From: a virus
Lineage: Duplodnaviria > Caudoviricetes
DNA: 64,000 nt
IMG/VR virus record: IMGVR_UViG_3300005345_000001
Location: 16,507-80,506 of that record
Reading direction: 5' to 3' (one strand)
Positions 44,707 through 53,550 of this stretch are shown here, in pieces. Both the position numbers and the translations under genes were made by a program. Numbering within the stretch: the stretch's first letter is position 1; every line of letters begins with the position of its first letter. Under the pieces are notes generated by a model. The model had not been told where the DNA came from, ran no database searches, and saw only the letters and a program-made list of their open reading frames with translations.

Positions 44707-45026
44707 AACTATTACTGTTGGCGTTACTGGTGCCGGCCTGTTGTTTTGGTCACCTCTTCCAGATAGCATGGGACCCAAGTCCCAGTCCAGGCATCAAACA
44801 TTACATCGTGTTGATTGCTGTGGATGGAGGATCCTCTGGCGCTTATGGAACTACCCCGTCCACATCGTGGGTGGTGGATTTGGAGACTAATTCCTACACG
44901 GTGACCGTGAAGGCAGTGGGAACTAATGGTCAGGAATCGCTGCCATCCAATGCATGGAGGATTCCAAAACCAGCTGGGACGGTGCAGGGGAGCTATGGGG
45001 TGTGGACGACGACGAACGCGCCATGA
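44703..45026 (+). CDS. Exported fibronectin type III domain protein
   Basis: Signal MKLLLLALLVPACCFG; IAWDPSPSPGIKHYIV...YTVTVKAVGTNGQESLPSN. Confidence 0.8.
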   Translation: MKLLLLALLVPACCFGHLFQIAWDPSPSPGIKHYIVLIAVDGGSSGAYGTTPSTSWVVDLETNSYTVTVKAVGTNGQESLPSNAWRIPKPAGTVQGSYGVWTTTNAP

Positions 45027-45086
45027 GCAGAGGAGTGGAAGAATAGTCTTGCCGGTTGTATCACGGCCGGTCACCTTCAGTGCCAG

Positions 45087-45428
45087 ATGAGAGCTTTACT
45101 ATCGGTGGGTTTTGCGCTCGTGGTGGCCAGCGCTGCCGCAGCGCAGTCAGTGTTGGAGATCCGTTGGCTGCCCAATCCGGTCAGTGACAGTAACCAACTC
45201 TATCGGGTGTACGTTTCCACCAATTCCACCACCGTCTTCGGGCTAGCTGGAGGCACCACCGGCACCGTCTTTAGCATTACCAACGTGCCACCCGGTGTAT
45301 ATGGGGCATCCATTACTGCCTCCAATATCTGGGGCGAAACAGCCAAGAGCCCGCCGGTCTATACAGCTGGGCCAGCGATGGTTCCCAGTGTGCCATCAGG
45401 GGTGAGTATCCTCATTAGGATCCAATGA
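45087..45428 (+). CDS. Exported fibronectin type III domain protein
   Basis: Signal MRALLSVGFALVVASAAAA; IRWLPNP...YRVY...YGASITASNIWGE. Confidence 0.75.
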   Translation: MRALLSVGFALVVASAAAAQSVLEIRWLPNPVSDSNQLYRVYVSTNSTTVFGLAGGTTGTVFSITNVPPGVYGASITASNIWGETAKSPPVYTAGPAMVPSVPSGVSILIRIQ

Positions 45429-45886
45429 AGCTCATCAAACAAGACAAGTCGCTCAAAGACATCATCATCAACATTTTTACCAGTTGCCATGGACATGGCC
45501 GGCGCAGGGCGGCTGTGTTTCACTTCAAGTTCGGCCTACCACAAAAGAAAGAAAACATACCTATGCCAACCACTGTAGAGATCACTAACGAACAGAAGGT
45601 CAAAGTGACCCTTGCGCCCGTCACCGATACGGGCAAGCCAGCGAAGCTGGACGGGTCCCCGTCCTGGGCCGTCATCACCGGCAACTCACAGGTCGTGGTA
45701 GCAGACGACGGATTGTCTGCTGACTTGATCAGTTCCGATGATCCGGGTGACACCCAGGTCCTGATTAAAGCCGACGCCAATCTTGGGGAGGGCGTGGAGG
45801 AAATCTCCGATACCATCACCCTGACGGTGATTGGTGCGACGGCTAAGAATCTTGGTGTGACGGTCGGGGCTCCGGAACCAAAATGA
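45425..45886 (+). CDS. Ig-like domain protein
   Basis: All-beta pattern: VKVTLAPVTDTGKPAKLDGSPSW...DGLSADL...ADANLGEGV. Alternative start MPTTV at 45562. Confidence 0.6.
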   Translation: MKLIKQDKSLKDIIINIFTSCHGHGRRRAAVFHFKFGLPQKKENIPMPTTVEITNEQKVKVTLAPVTDTGKPAKLDGSPSWAVITGNSQVVVADDGLSADLISSDDPGDTQVLIKADANLGEGVEEISDTITLTVIGATAKNLGVTVGAPEPK

Positions 45887-45975
45887 TGTGTCCTCACTGC
45901 GGGAGGGAGCTGGCGCAAATTACGCCAACCCTCCTGCGGTGTGATCCCTGCCGCTACTCACACGGCGTGGCCCCT

Positions 45976-46299
45976 TCACACACGCTCGATGAGTATGTCA
46001 GCGCCTTCGTCTCCGGCTGGCACACGGACAACACGGACAGATATCTCAGGGATCCAGCTGACGGAGTCGTCCAACGGCAGTGACAAGGCAATCCAGGATT
46101 GTCGATTGAGCCCCGTCTGCATCCCTTTCTCGCCGGTCAGAAACGTAGAGCGTAACTGTGACTCGAAACTGCGGATGCACTGAGCCATCCACTTTTGCCT
46201 TTCGGGTTTTGTGATGAGCTTTCTGCCCGTCCACTGCTTGCTGTTCTTGAAGGACGGGACGTGACCTAAGCCCCTCACGCTTAGCTTGATAGGCGGCAT
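45976..46299 (-). CDS. RusA-like protein, frame A (N-terminal PSxKN and C-terminal DD segments)
   Basis: GHVPSFKNSK...LDDSVSWIPEISVRVVRVPAGDEGADILIERV. Confidence 0.55.
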   Translation of the reverse strand: MPPIKLSVRGLGHVPSFKNSKQWTGRKLITKPERQKWMAQCIRSFESQLRSTFLTGEKGMQTGLNRQSWIALSLPLDDSVSWIPEISVRVVRVPAGDEGADILIERV

Positions 46300-46324
46300 A
46301 ATCTTTCGCTGTCCAGCGGGCCAT
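46046..46324 (-). CDS. RusA-like protein, frame B (catalytic RxDxD and LDxL segment)
   Basis: MARWTAKDYAAYQAKR...FRVTVTLYVSDRRERDADGAQSTILDCLVTAVG; overlaps frame A for 254 nt. Confidence 0.55.
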   Translation of the reverse strand: MARWTAKDYAAYQAKREGLRSRPVLQEQQAVDGQKAHHKTRKAKVDGSVHPQFRVTVTLYVSDRRERDADGAQSTILDCLVTAVGRLRQLDP

Positions 46325-46350
46325 TGGAACAGTAATATCCACTAAGTCCA

Positions 46351-47001
46351 ATGGCAGTTCCAATCGAAAGAGTGCGGGCGCAATGGCGTGCGGCGAACAG
46401 ACGCTATCGAAAGCGGCATCCAGAACGTGGCCGTGAGCGCAGAAAACAATACAGCAAGGCGTGGAGACTTCGAAATCCAGAGAAGGCCAAAGCGGCTGAC
46501 ATGAGATGGCGACTAGCTAATCCAGATAGGGTTAAGGAATCAGCCCGTATTGCTGGTAAAAAGTGGCGCGCTAATAACTTGGAAAGAGCCAAGGCTATGT
46601 GCGCTAGGTGGCAGCGGTCCAATCGGGAATATGTTAACCGTAAAGAGCGCGAACGATGCGCAGCCGACCCGTCGTATCGGTTGGCGAGATGCCTTCGGTC
46701 TAGGATACGGCGGGTGTTGCGTCTGAGAGCTGCAACCAAACGGGATAATACCGCCGCCCTCACTGGTTGCTCGGTCCAATTCCTTATGGGACACTTGGAG
46801 GCACGATTCCAGCCTGGGATGTCATGGGACAATTACGGCAACGTTTGGGAAGTCGATCATATATTCCCCTGTGCTATGTATGATCTGGCTGTCGACTCTC
46901 AGCAACGAGCCTGCTTCCACTATACCAATCTTCAACCACTGTTCGTTAGTGATAACCGCAGGAAATACACCAAACTACCAAAGGTACCATTGTGTCAATA
47001 A
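46351..47001 (+). CDS. HNH endonuclease
   Basis: Arg-rich repeats, then HLEARFQPGMSWDNYG..WEVDHIFP...FHYTNLQPL...N. Confidence 0.9.
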   Translation: MAVPIERVRAQWRAANRRYRKRHPERGRERRKQYSKAWRLRNPEKAKAADMRWRLANPDRVKESARIAGKKWRANNLERAKAMCARWQRSNREYVNRKERERCAADPSYRLARCLRSRIRRVLRLRAATKRDNTAALTGCSVQFLMGHLEARFQPGMSWDNYGNVWEVDHIFPCAMYDLAVDSQQRACFHYTNLQPLFVSDNRRKYTKLPKVPLCQ

Positions 47002-47161
47002 GCCTCTTATTTTGGGTAATTTACATCCTCACCATAGTGTTCGCTATCATTGGCAACTGGCCACTCAATGCCGCTAATGCAAAGCCAACCGCCATCTCGA
47101 TTGTCATCTTGGTTTTGATTGGGCTATTGGGTTGGGCTCAGTTCGGTGCGGCGATACACCG

Positions 47162-47588
47162 TTAACTCTTCGTATCGTCCGTGTCCCCTTCGAAGAAGTT
47201 GCTCTTGAGTTTATAGAGCGCGTCCTGATCGTTGTTAGAAACGGCTGAGGCGTAGCTTATGGTCTGGCTGCTCGTCTTGGCGAATGACCGGTGGATGTTC
47301 TTGGCATCGGTGCGCAGCACATTGCTTACGCTCATGGTGCCGGCCGCCATACGGCTGGCTGCCGACCAGCCTTCCGTGCCAACGCCGATGTGAACGAAGA
47401 CCCAATCGTCTTCTTTCTCCCGACGTTTAATCTCCTGCTTAACCGTCGCCTCTGTCCACTCCGCGCTGGCATTCTCATAGCCATCGGTGAGTGTTGCGAA
47501 CACGACCTTGCAGCCCTTAGCCTTATTCTGGGTGGATTTGATGGTGCGGCCAACGGCGTCATTTGGTCTTGGTTGGTTTGGTTTTCAT
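47162..47588 (-). pseudogene. Truncated von Willebrand A domain gene (N-terminal half missing, out-of-frame join)
   Basis: ATG at 47588 gives MKTKPTKTK*. The +1 frame continues NDAVGRTI...VFATLTDGYENAS...WVFVHIG, the vWA C-terminal half, with no in-frame ATG. Confidence 0.7.
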
Positions 47589-47935
47589 TTGGTTCTCCGT
47601 AGGATCATTACGATGTTGGTGTTGGCACTGGTCTCAGTCCGTCGCGGCAAGGAGTGGCCCAGCCCGGCCGCACGACCAGCCCGGTCTGGTAGCTGGGCCC
47701 ACTCACAGTGAGATGGGATCCAGTCGACGCCATTGGTCGACACGAACGGTGTCCAGTTCGCATTGGTGGGTTGGGCTGGCCAATTGTAATTGCCGACGAG
47801 CATGGGCACCCCGCCGTTGGTGACAAGGATTGGCACAATTGGAACGTCGGTCGGTGGCACCACGGTCAGATTGCTTGGTGGCAATAGTTGTGCGACGGCG
47901 GAGATGGTAATGAATAATGGGAGTAGCTGTTTCAT
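47585..47935 (-). CDS. Small exported Pro-rich protein
   Basis: MKQLLPLFITISAVAQ signal; VSTNGVDW motif. Confidence 0.6.
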   Translation of the reverse strand: MKQLLPLFITISAVAQLLPPSNLTVVPPTDVPIVPILVTNGGVPMLVGNYNWPAQPTNANWTPFVSTNGVDWIPSHCEWAQLPDRAGRAAGLGHSLPRRTETSANTNIVMILRRTK

Positions 47936-48156
47936 GGTCGTCTGAATCTCAATACCCCAGTGGGTAAGCTGTTGGTTGGTTTATCAAATTTATGCACCTC
48001 ATTCCAAGCCCAGCCTTCCGTGTTGGTCATAATTACAATTCGCCATTCGACACGCTCAAGAGCTCTGATGCGTTTGGCCAAGCCGAGAGTTGATACGGCT
48101 TGCATCAGGAAGAGGGTGCCAAGTAGCAGGATCCCAAACAGGATTGCACGGTTCAT
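47932..48156 (-). CDS. Small membrane protein
   Basis: N-terminal hydrophobic helix; coupled starts and stops. Confidence 0.55.
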   Translation of the reverse strand: MNRAILFGILLLGTLFLMQAVSTLGLAKRIRALERVEWRIVIMTNTEGWAWNEVHKFDKPTNSLPTGVLRFRRP

Positions 48157-48383
48157 AGAGGTTTATTGTGGAGCACACGCAGGAACATTGCGGCGAACAA
48201 CGGAGTAAAGATTAAGCCGGCCACGAATGGCAGCTTCCAGATGTTCAGAGTGAGCCGACCACCACCAATACCATCGGGCTTGCTGACCGGAACATTCCAC
48301 AGGCACGGCCAAAGCGGTGTGCTCAGATAGACCAAGCTACCAACTAGACCAACCGCCAGCAGGATGAGCATGGCCATCTTCAT
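48153..48383 (-). CDS. Small two-TM membrane protein
   Basis: Two hydrophobic helices; coupled. Confidence 0.55.
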   Translation of the reverse strand: MKMAMLILLAVGLVGSLVYLSTPLWPCLWNVPVSKPDGIGGGRLTLNIWKLPFVAGLIFTPLFAAMFLRVLHNKPL

Positions 48384-49189
48384 GGCCTCTCAAACAGGTA
48401 ATCGTTACCAAGGTCGGAGCGGGTCCAGCCCGGGAAGAATTGCGCATACTGTTCCTCATCGATCTCTTTCTCGATAAGCACAAAGCGAGTGCGGTCCAAT
48501 AATCCACGGGCCCCCTTGAGCACTTGCAGGTTGGAGCCGTCCGTATCGATCTTGATCAGGAAAATCCTGTATTCGTTCTTGAACTCGGGGAATGTATCTA
48601 GGCGCACGATGGGCACATCTCGACCCTCCGATCCCAATGCAACCCGATCGGTGACGGTTAGTTTGGCCAAACCATCGTAGTCACCAACTGCGGCCAGGTG
48701 CAGATCGATCTGGTTGTTGGTATACGCCTGGTTCTGAACTCGCTGATTCTCCAGGTAATATTCCAAGCACGGCTCGAAGCAAACGAAGAAGGCCATTTGG
48801 TTATAGCTGGCAATCCACTGTGTGAAGATACCTATGTTAGATCCCACATCGATAACCAAAGGGTAGAACGCATCTCTCAACTCTTCGATCAGGCGCCGAT
48901 GGTAGAGGGCCTGCTCAATGAAGATGTTGCCGTAGATGTAGTAGTGATGCGTGTGGCGCAACACGAAACCTTCTGGTGTGCGCAGTTCTTTGGTGGCGCC
49001 AAAGAAGATACACTTAAGCCGCTCAAACAAGATGGGCCAACAGGCCAACGGATGGCGCAGGATAAATAGGAGACTACCGACAACTATGTGCCCAAAGTTG
49101 GCGCAGATTAGTCGCAGCGTCTCGGGCAGGTTCCGTTTGAACGGACGCTCGTAAACATTTATCGGGTCGTGGTGAACTGTGTTGTGCAT
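48380..49189 (-). CDS. FkbM-family methyltransferase
   Basis: VIDVGSNIGIFT...FEP...AAVGD...VRLD...IKIDTDG...VLKGA. Confidence 0.88.
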   Translation of the reverse strand: MHNTVHHDPINVYERPFKRNLPETLRLICANFGHIVVGSLLFILRHPLACWPILFERLKCIFFGATKELRTPEGFVLRHTHHYYIYGNIFIEQALYHRRLIEELRDAFYPLVIDVGSNIGIFTQWIASYNQMAFFVCFEPCLEYYLENQRVQNQAYTNNQIDLHLAAVGDYDGLAKLTVTDRVALGSEGRDVPIVRLDTFPEFKNEYRIFLIKIDTDGSNLQVLKGARGLLDRTRFVLIEKEIDEEQYAQFFPGWTRSDLGNDYLFERP

Positions 49190-49222
49190 TTATGGCAGGT
49201 GACAAGATAGCCACCACTGTAG

Positions 49223-49612
49223 CTAATCATCAGCAGAACGTGATACCGACGATGGAAGATGCGGCACAGGAATCTCTTCATTGGTGTCGGTATACACCGG
49301 CTGGCTGCGAAATGTTACCTGAAAGTTCCGTTTGCACCGCTTACACGTGTGGACGCCATACTTGGTGCTGTAGATAAGGGCAAACAACTCCTCACGATTA
49401 GCGCAGTTGTGGCAGACAGGTGACTTGAACCTGTTTTCGATCAGGTCAAGCAATGCGATGAGCGCACAGGGCAGGAACAACATGGCCAGGACAGCCCCGT
49501 AGATCGCCATGCCGATGATGCCAACGATGTAGCCATCCCAGTTTTTAGGCCGATTGAAGTAGCGGTCGCCTGGCCCATTGCTCATCAACGGCCATTCAAT
49601 AGCAGTTGTCAT
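49223..49612 (-). CDS. Membrane protein with a zinc ribbon
   Basis: ATG 49612 (MTTAIEW), a TM helix, and CHNC...CKRC. Confidence 0.55.
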   Translation of the reverse strand: MTTAIEWPLMSNGPGDRYFNRPKNWDGYIVGIIGMAIYGAVLAMLFLPCALIALLDLIENRFKSPVCHNCANREELFALIYSTKYGVHTCKRCKRNFQVTFRSQPVYTDTNEEIPVPHLPSSVSRSADD

Positions 49613-49869
49613 GGCTTGGCCAGAGGTTTCGAGCAGCACCCATCGCATCCGTGGACTGTGAGGATCTCTTTGCCTATCCGAATCTTGTGTGCGGCATCGT
49701 CCGGGTCCGGGTGGCCCACTCCGTGTGGGCAGATGCGCTCCATGACGCCAATATCCTGACGCCAGTTTAGCGGCCAGGTTCGCATGTGGTGGTTCGATGG
49801 GTTGTGGACACAACAGAATTGGCCGGCGCATTGCGATTCATCGTGGGTCTTGAGCAACACTGTCCTCAT
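49609..49869 (-). CDS. His/Cys-rich small phage protein
   Basis: CCVHNPSNHHM..W..WR.D...MERICPHGVGHPDPDD, a motif I recognise from small phage proteins. Confidence 0.7.
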   Translation of the reverse strand: MRTVLLKTHDESQCAGQFCCVHNPSNHHMRTWPLNWRQDIGVMERICPHGVGHPDPDDAAHKIRIGKEILTVHGCDGCCSKPLAKP

Positions 49870-50324
49870 GGCTTGGTCAGTTTGTCGGCTTCGGCTTGGA
49901 TGACTCTAATGCAATCGCGGATTGCATTATCTTTTAGTTCGCCGCATTTGGGGGATACCTTGGCGCACAATTCCGCCGCATGGCGCAGGGCGTCGGCCTT
50001 TATCTCATCAACCCATGCTGGCCACTTAGTGCGGTTATAGGGCATGTCTAGCAGCCAATCTTCAGCGATCTTCATATTATTTGCGCACAACACGACTTAT
50101 GGTTCCTTCTTTGTCAGGTCGCTGCCTTCAAGGTCCTTACACTGTTTCTTCGCGCATTGGGCACAAAGCGTGCGGTTGTCTTCAGTTAAGCCAAGCTCGG
50201 TAATATGAAATGTCTTGTAACAGCCTTCACACATACCATCAGTGGCACTGCGGGGCACACCTATGAGCGGGATCTCGTAATCACCCACTCGAACAGTGGC
50301 GTGTCTGGATTTTTTGGTCTTCAT
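49866..50324 (-). CDS. Two small hypothetical genes (49866-50093; 50097-50324, with CxxC...CxxC)
   Basis: Tightly packed ORFs in the minus-strand run. Confidence 0.5.
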
Positions 50325-50340
50325 TTCCTCGCCGGTTCCT

Positions 50341-51099
50341 TCATATTCTTAACGGTTCAGGTTGGCGTTCAATCCGGACCGTGCTGTTGATGACTCGCTT
50401 GGCCTCGACTCCGGGCAGTTTAATCCCGGCATTGAGCATGGTCTTGATGTGGGCCAAGCGCGGTTCAATGTTCACACAGGCTGGGCTGGCTTTGGCTAGG
50501 GCCCAGATGTCGATGATGTTTATCTCCCAATCTTCCCGGACCACCTGGCCTTGGGCTCGGACTGTTTCTAATGGAGCCGCAGCCTGCCGGACTTCTTCGC
50601 CTGCCCGTTCCTGGATGTCATCGATTTCCTCGATGGTCTTGGCTTGGGCCAGCTGTTCTTGCTTGCGCCGTTCGATCTCTGATAGTTCGGTCACACGCAA
50701 AGCTTCAGCAGCACGACGTTGCTGGGCCCGCACAGCTTCATAGTCACTGGCTAGTCGGGCAAGTCGTTCTGCCTCAGCATCAAGAGGTGCATTAAACTCT
50801 TTGGCTGAGCCATCGATGGTCCGGCCGAATTCCAGAATGGGTTGCTTACATTCTTTCCTGGCCCGTTCCGCCTCAGCGCGTACTATCCTGACCTGGATAT
50901 GGGCCGACACACATGCGTCAAGTTCGGTTTGGTTAGTTACCGCAGTAATAATCCCAGCTCTAGCCAGGGCTTTGGCCCGGATGGCTATGGCTGCGGTCGT
51001 CCAGGAAACCTGGTGTCTAGCATCTTCCCGAACGATGAGGGCTTGCCCGTCTAGGCCCTCAATGACTGTGGTGTTGGCCTTGAGTTCATTGATATTCAT
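50341..51099 (-). CDS. Coiled-coil phage protein (recombination-module associated)
   Basis: ERARKECKQPILEFGRTIDG...PL..E..RL coiled-coil pattern, adjacent to an SSB-like gene. Confidence 0.6.
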   Translation of the reverse strand: MNINELKANTTVIEGLDGQALIVREDARHQVSWTTAAIAIRAKALARAGIITAVTNQTELDACVSAHIQVRIVRAEAERARKECKQPILEFGRTIDGSAKEFNAPLDAEAERLARLASDYEAVRAQQRRAAEALRVTELSEIERRKQEQLAQAKTIEEIDDIQERAGEEVRQAAAPLETVRAQGQVVREDWEINIIDIWALAKASPACVNIEPRLAHIKTMLNAGIKLPGVEAKRVINSTVRIERQPEPLRI

Positions 51100-51110
51100 T
51101 GAACATCAAT

Positions 51111-51494
51111 TTAGAACGGCACGTCATCTTCGCCAGGTTCGGCCAACGGTTTTGCTGGGGCGGGTTTGACCTGATTCTTGGGAGCTCTGACCCGGATTCC
51201 GCCGACAATCTTGCCAGCAAAACTGATGTTCGGATCTTCGTAAGCCACTATCTTGTGGCCAGTCCAGTCATCAGTCTCATCGCTGCCGATGATCTTGGCG
51301 ATGAGCTGGCCATTGGTAGAGTTTAACACCATGGGCTTTTCGGTTTCCCGAAAGTGCAGGACCCATTTGTGTTCCGGTTCTGCTCCCTCTTTGGCGATGT
51401 TCTCCTGGGAAACACTTTGGATGGTGACCAGGATTCCTGTTCCACAGTCTTCTTTTTTAAGAAACTTACTTTCCTTCAATTGGCTGATGTTCAT
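51111..51494 (-). CDS. Putative single-stranded DNA-binding/recombination protein
   Basis: Start MNISQLKESKFLKKED at 51494; acidic C-terminal tail GEDDVPF typical of SSBs. Confidence 0.6.
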   Translation of the reverse strand: MNISQLKESKFLKKEDCGTGILVTIQSVSQENIAKEGAEPEHKWVLHFRETEKPMVLNSTNGQLIAKIIGSDETDDWTGHKIVAYEDPNISFAGKIVGGIRVRAPKNQVKPAPAKPLAEPGEDDVPF

Positions 51495-51507
51495 TGGGTT
51501 ATTGGGT

Positions 51508-51924
51508 TTACTTGGGTTTGGGTTGAGAGAGAAAACGTGCGGCCTCCAGGATTGGCATGTTGGCCTCGGTCGGGATGTAGACCACGGTCTTGTCGGTGCC
51601 AGCACCAGCCACATCGATGATCCACAGATAGCGCAGATAAGCCTCGTTGTTCTTCAGGCTCGCGCCGATGATCTCATTGGCTTGGGCAACGCCCTTGGCT
51701 CTGGCCACTTCGGCTTGGGCCAACAGTTCAGCGGACTCCATCCTGGCTTTGGCCTCCGCAACCGCCACTTCCTTGGCCGACTGGGCATGGGCCAACAGAG
51801 CGGCTCCTTCCAATCTCTGACGGTAGACGCTGTAATGCGGACAGCCGACCATGCCCACGGCAGTAAGTATGCCAAGGCCTAACAGCGATACGATGGTCCA
51901 GGCTGTGTAGTTGGGTTCATTCAC
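51508..51924 (-). CDS. Single-TM SPFH/band-7-like coiled-coil membrane protein
   Basis: GTG 51924; a TM helix, then AEAKA..ESA..LAQAEVARAKGVAQANEIIGASL...VVYIPTEANMPILEA. Confidence 0.7.
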   Translation of the reverse strand: MNEPNYTAWTIVSLLGLGILTAVGMVGCPHYSVYRQRLEGAALLAHAQSAKEVAVAEAKARMESAELLAQAEVARAKGVAQANEIIGASLKNNEAYLRYLWIIDVAGAGTDKTVVYIPTEANMPILEAARFLSQPKPK

Positions 51925-52151
51925 AATTTGAAACGTCGTTTGATGACAGGCAGGCCAGCGTCCACGCAATCGCGGATAAGCTGCACGATGGCTTGGGCGT
52001 AGTCTGCATCCACTTTGGTAGCAAGTTCTTTCAACTCGGTGTCGTTGTCTTGATACAACCGGATTGGCCGTGGATGGGCCAGGCGCCTGGGCATGGTCTT
52101 TGTCATGTGGCGTTTCATGGTGATGCCGCGTTGAATCGTCGTCAACCTCAT
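51921..52151 (-). CDS. Putative ribbon-helix-helix DNA-binding protein
   Basis: PRPIRLYQDNDTELKELA...LIRDCV pattern. Confidence 0.5.
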   Translation of the reverse strand: MRLTTIQRGITMKRHMTKTMPRRLAHPRPIRLYQDNDTELKELATKVDADYAQAIVQLIRDCVDAGLPVIKRRFKL

Positions 52152-52152
52152 T

Positions 52153-53550
52153 TCATTCCCATCCCCGTTTTTTTATGAACGCCTCGCACTCCAGCTTGGC
52201 TCTGGTCAGGTCGAAGTAATAGCGGGGCCACCCGTCCTGGCCATCCACCTCTCGATGCAGATCGTTGAATACATCCAGGAAAGCCAGCCAATTGCCTCGG
52301 TCGCAGTAGGCTGGGCGCGGGTTGATGTAGATGCGCCAGTCCTTGCCAGCCGCTTCCCAGAGGCCGAACTCTTCCTCGAACTTCCAGGTCATCGCCAATT
52401 GGACGTGTACTTTGGCTTGGTTTCGTGCGCCATCCAGCCCTTGCCACAGACCAGGCACGGCGCGATGGGCGGACCGGACTGGCCACTCTTGATTGTCTCC
52501 ACGTGCGCGTAGCAGGTGGGCGGCAAGGCTGGCAGGGCCGGCAGCTCAGGGTTGAAGAAGGGGTTGTAGGCCCCGTGATGTTTGGAGTGTTTTCGTCCTT
52601 CGCTCATAGGTTTTGTTAGTCATCATCGTCATCGTCCCAGTCGTTCTTAACTTGTGCCCATATTTTGGACACTAAATTGTCGGTCTTCTCCTTGGCTCGG
52701 CGCGTGCTCTCATCCATTGGCCTGGCTTTGTTGGCCGGCATGGGCCCGCCGAATTCCCATTCCCAGTTGCCTGGCTCTTCGCCACGCCATTCGGTGATGC
52801 CCACTGATGGGGTGCCTGGCGTGATCACGATGCCGCAGTGGTCGCACATGAGCGGCACTTGGTCATGAACGATGGACTGCATCACCATGCCATGGACCGT
52901 GGTCGTATTGGTAGAGTGTACAGGTGGCAGTTTGCTGTGGTCGATGTGCACTTTGCGCAGCTGGAAACCAGCGGCGATGTCTTTCTCGTGCTGGTTATAG
53001 GCACGAGCACAGGCTGGGCAGACTAGTTTGCGAGTTGATCCGTTCATTTTGGCATTGTTTCGATTAGGTGCATGGCGAACAGGGTGGCCTCCCTGTTAGG
53101 TTCATAGATGAATTCCTCTGGCATCTCCTTGGCTTTCACCCATAAATATTTTGGAGGCGGCGGCATCTGCCATTTGAAGCCCGCCGCCTCCACTGCCCTT
53201 GGCAGGTAGTGGACGGACATGTCCACAATCTCTTGGGTGGACATGATACCCACCCAACAATGGATCTCAGGCAACCACCCAAGCTTGTTGGCTAGCACAC
53301 TAGGTGCCTCATTCGGAGTCCACATGAATGAGTAATGGGTGTTTATCTTCCCATCATCCATGTCCTTGGGCACGATGCGCACACTTAGGCTGCCACACTG
53401 AGGAGTGCAGGCAATGCCACGGCTAGCTAGCTCTTGCATGGTGCAGTACATCCAATACATACAGGCCATGCCGCGATTGCGCAGGACTGCGCCAACCCAT
53501 TTTGTCATACGCATATCCACGGCATGGTAAATCTCGTCACGTTGTGTCAT
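52153..53550 (-). CDS. Four small hypothetical genes (52153-52392, 52389-52607, 52616-53047, 53044-53550)
   Basis: Consecutive minus-strand ORFs with ATGA overlaps. Confidence 0.55.

Noticed and set aside
47932-48383. Holin/lysis cassette
   Set aside because: Small TM proteins are present, but no endolysin or spanin motif was recognised nearby.
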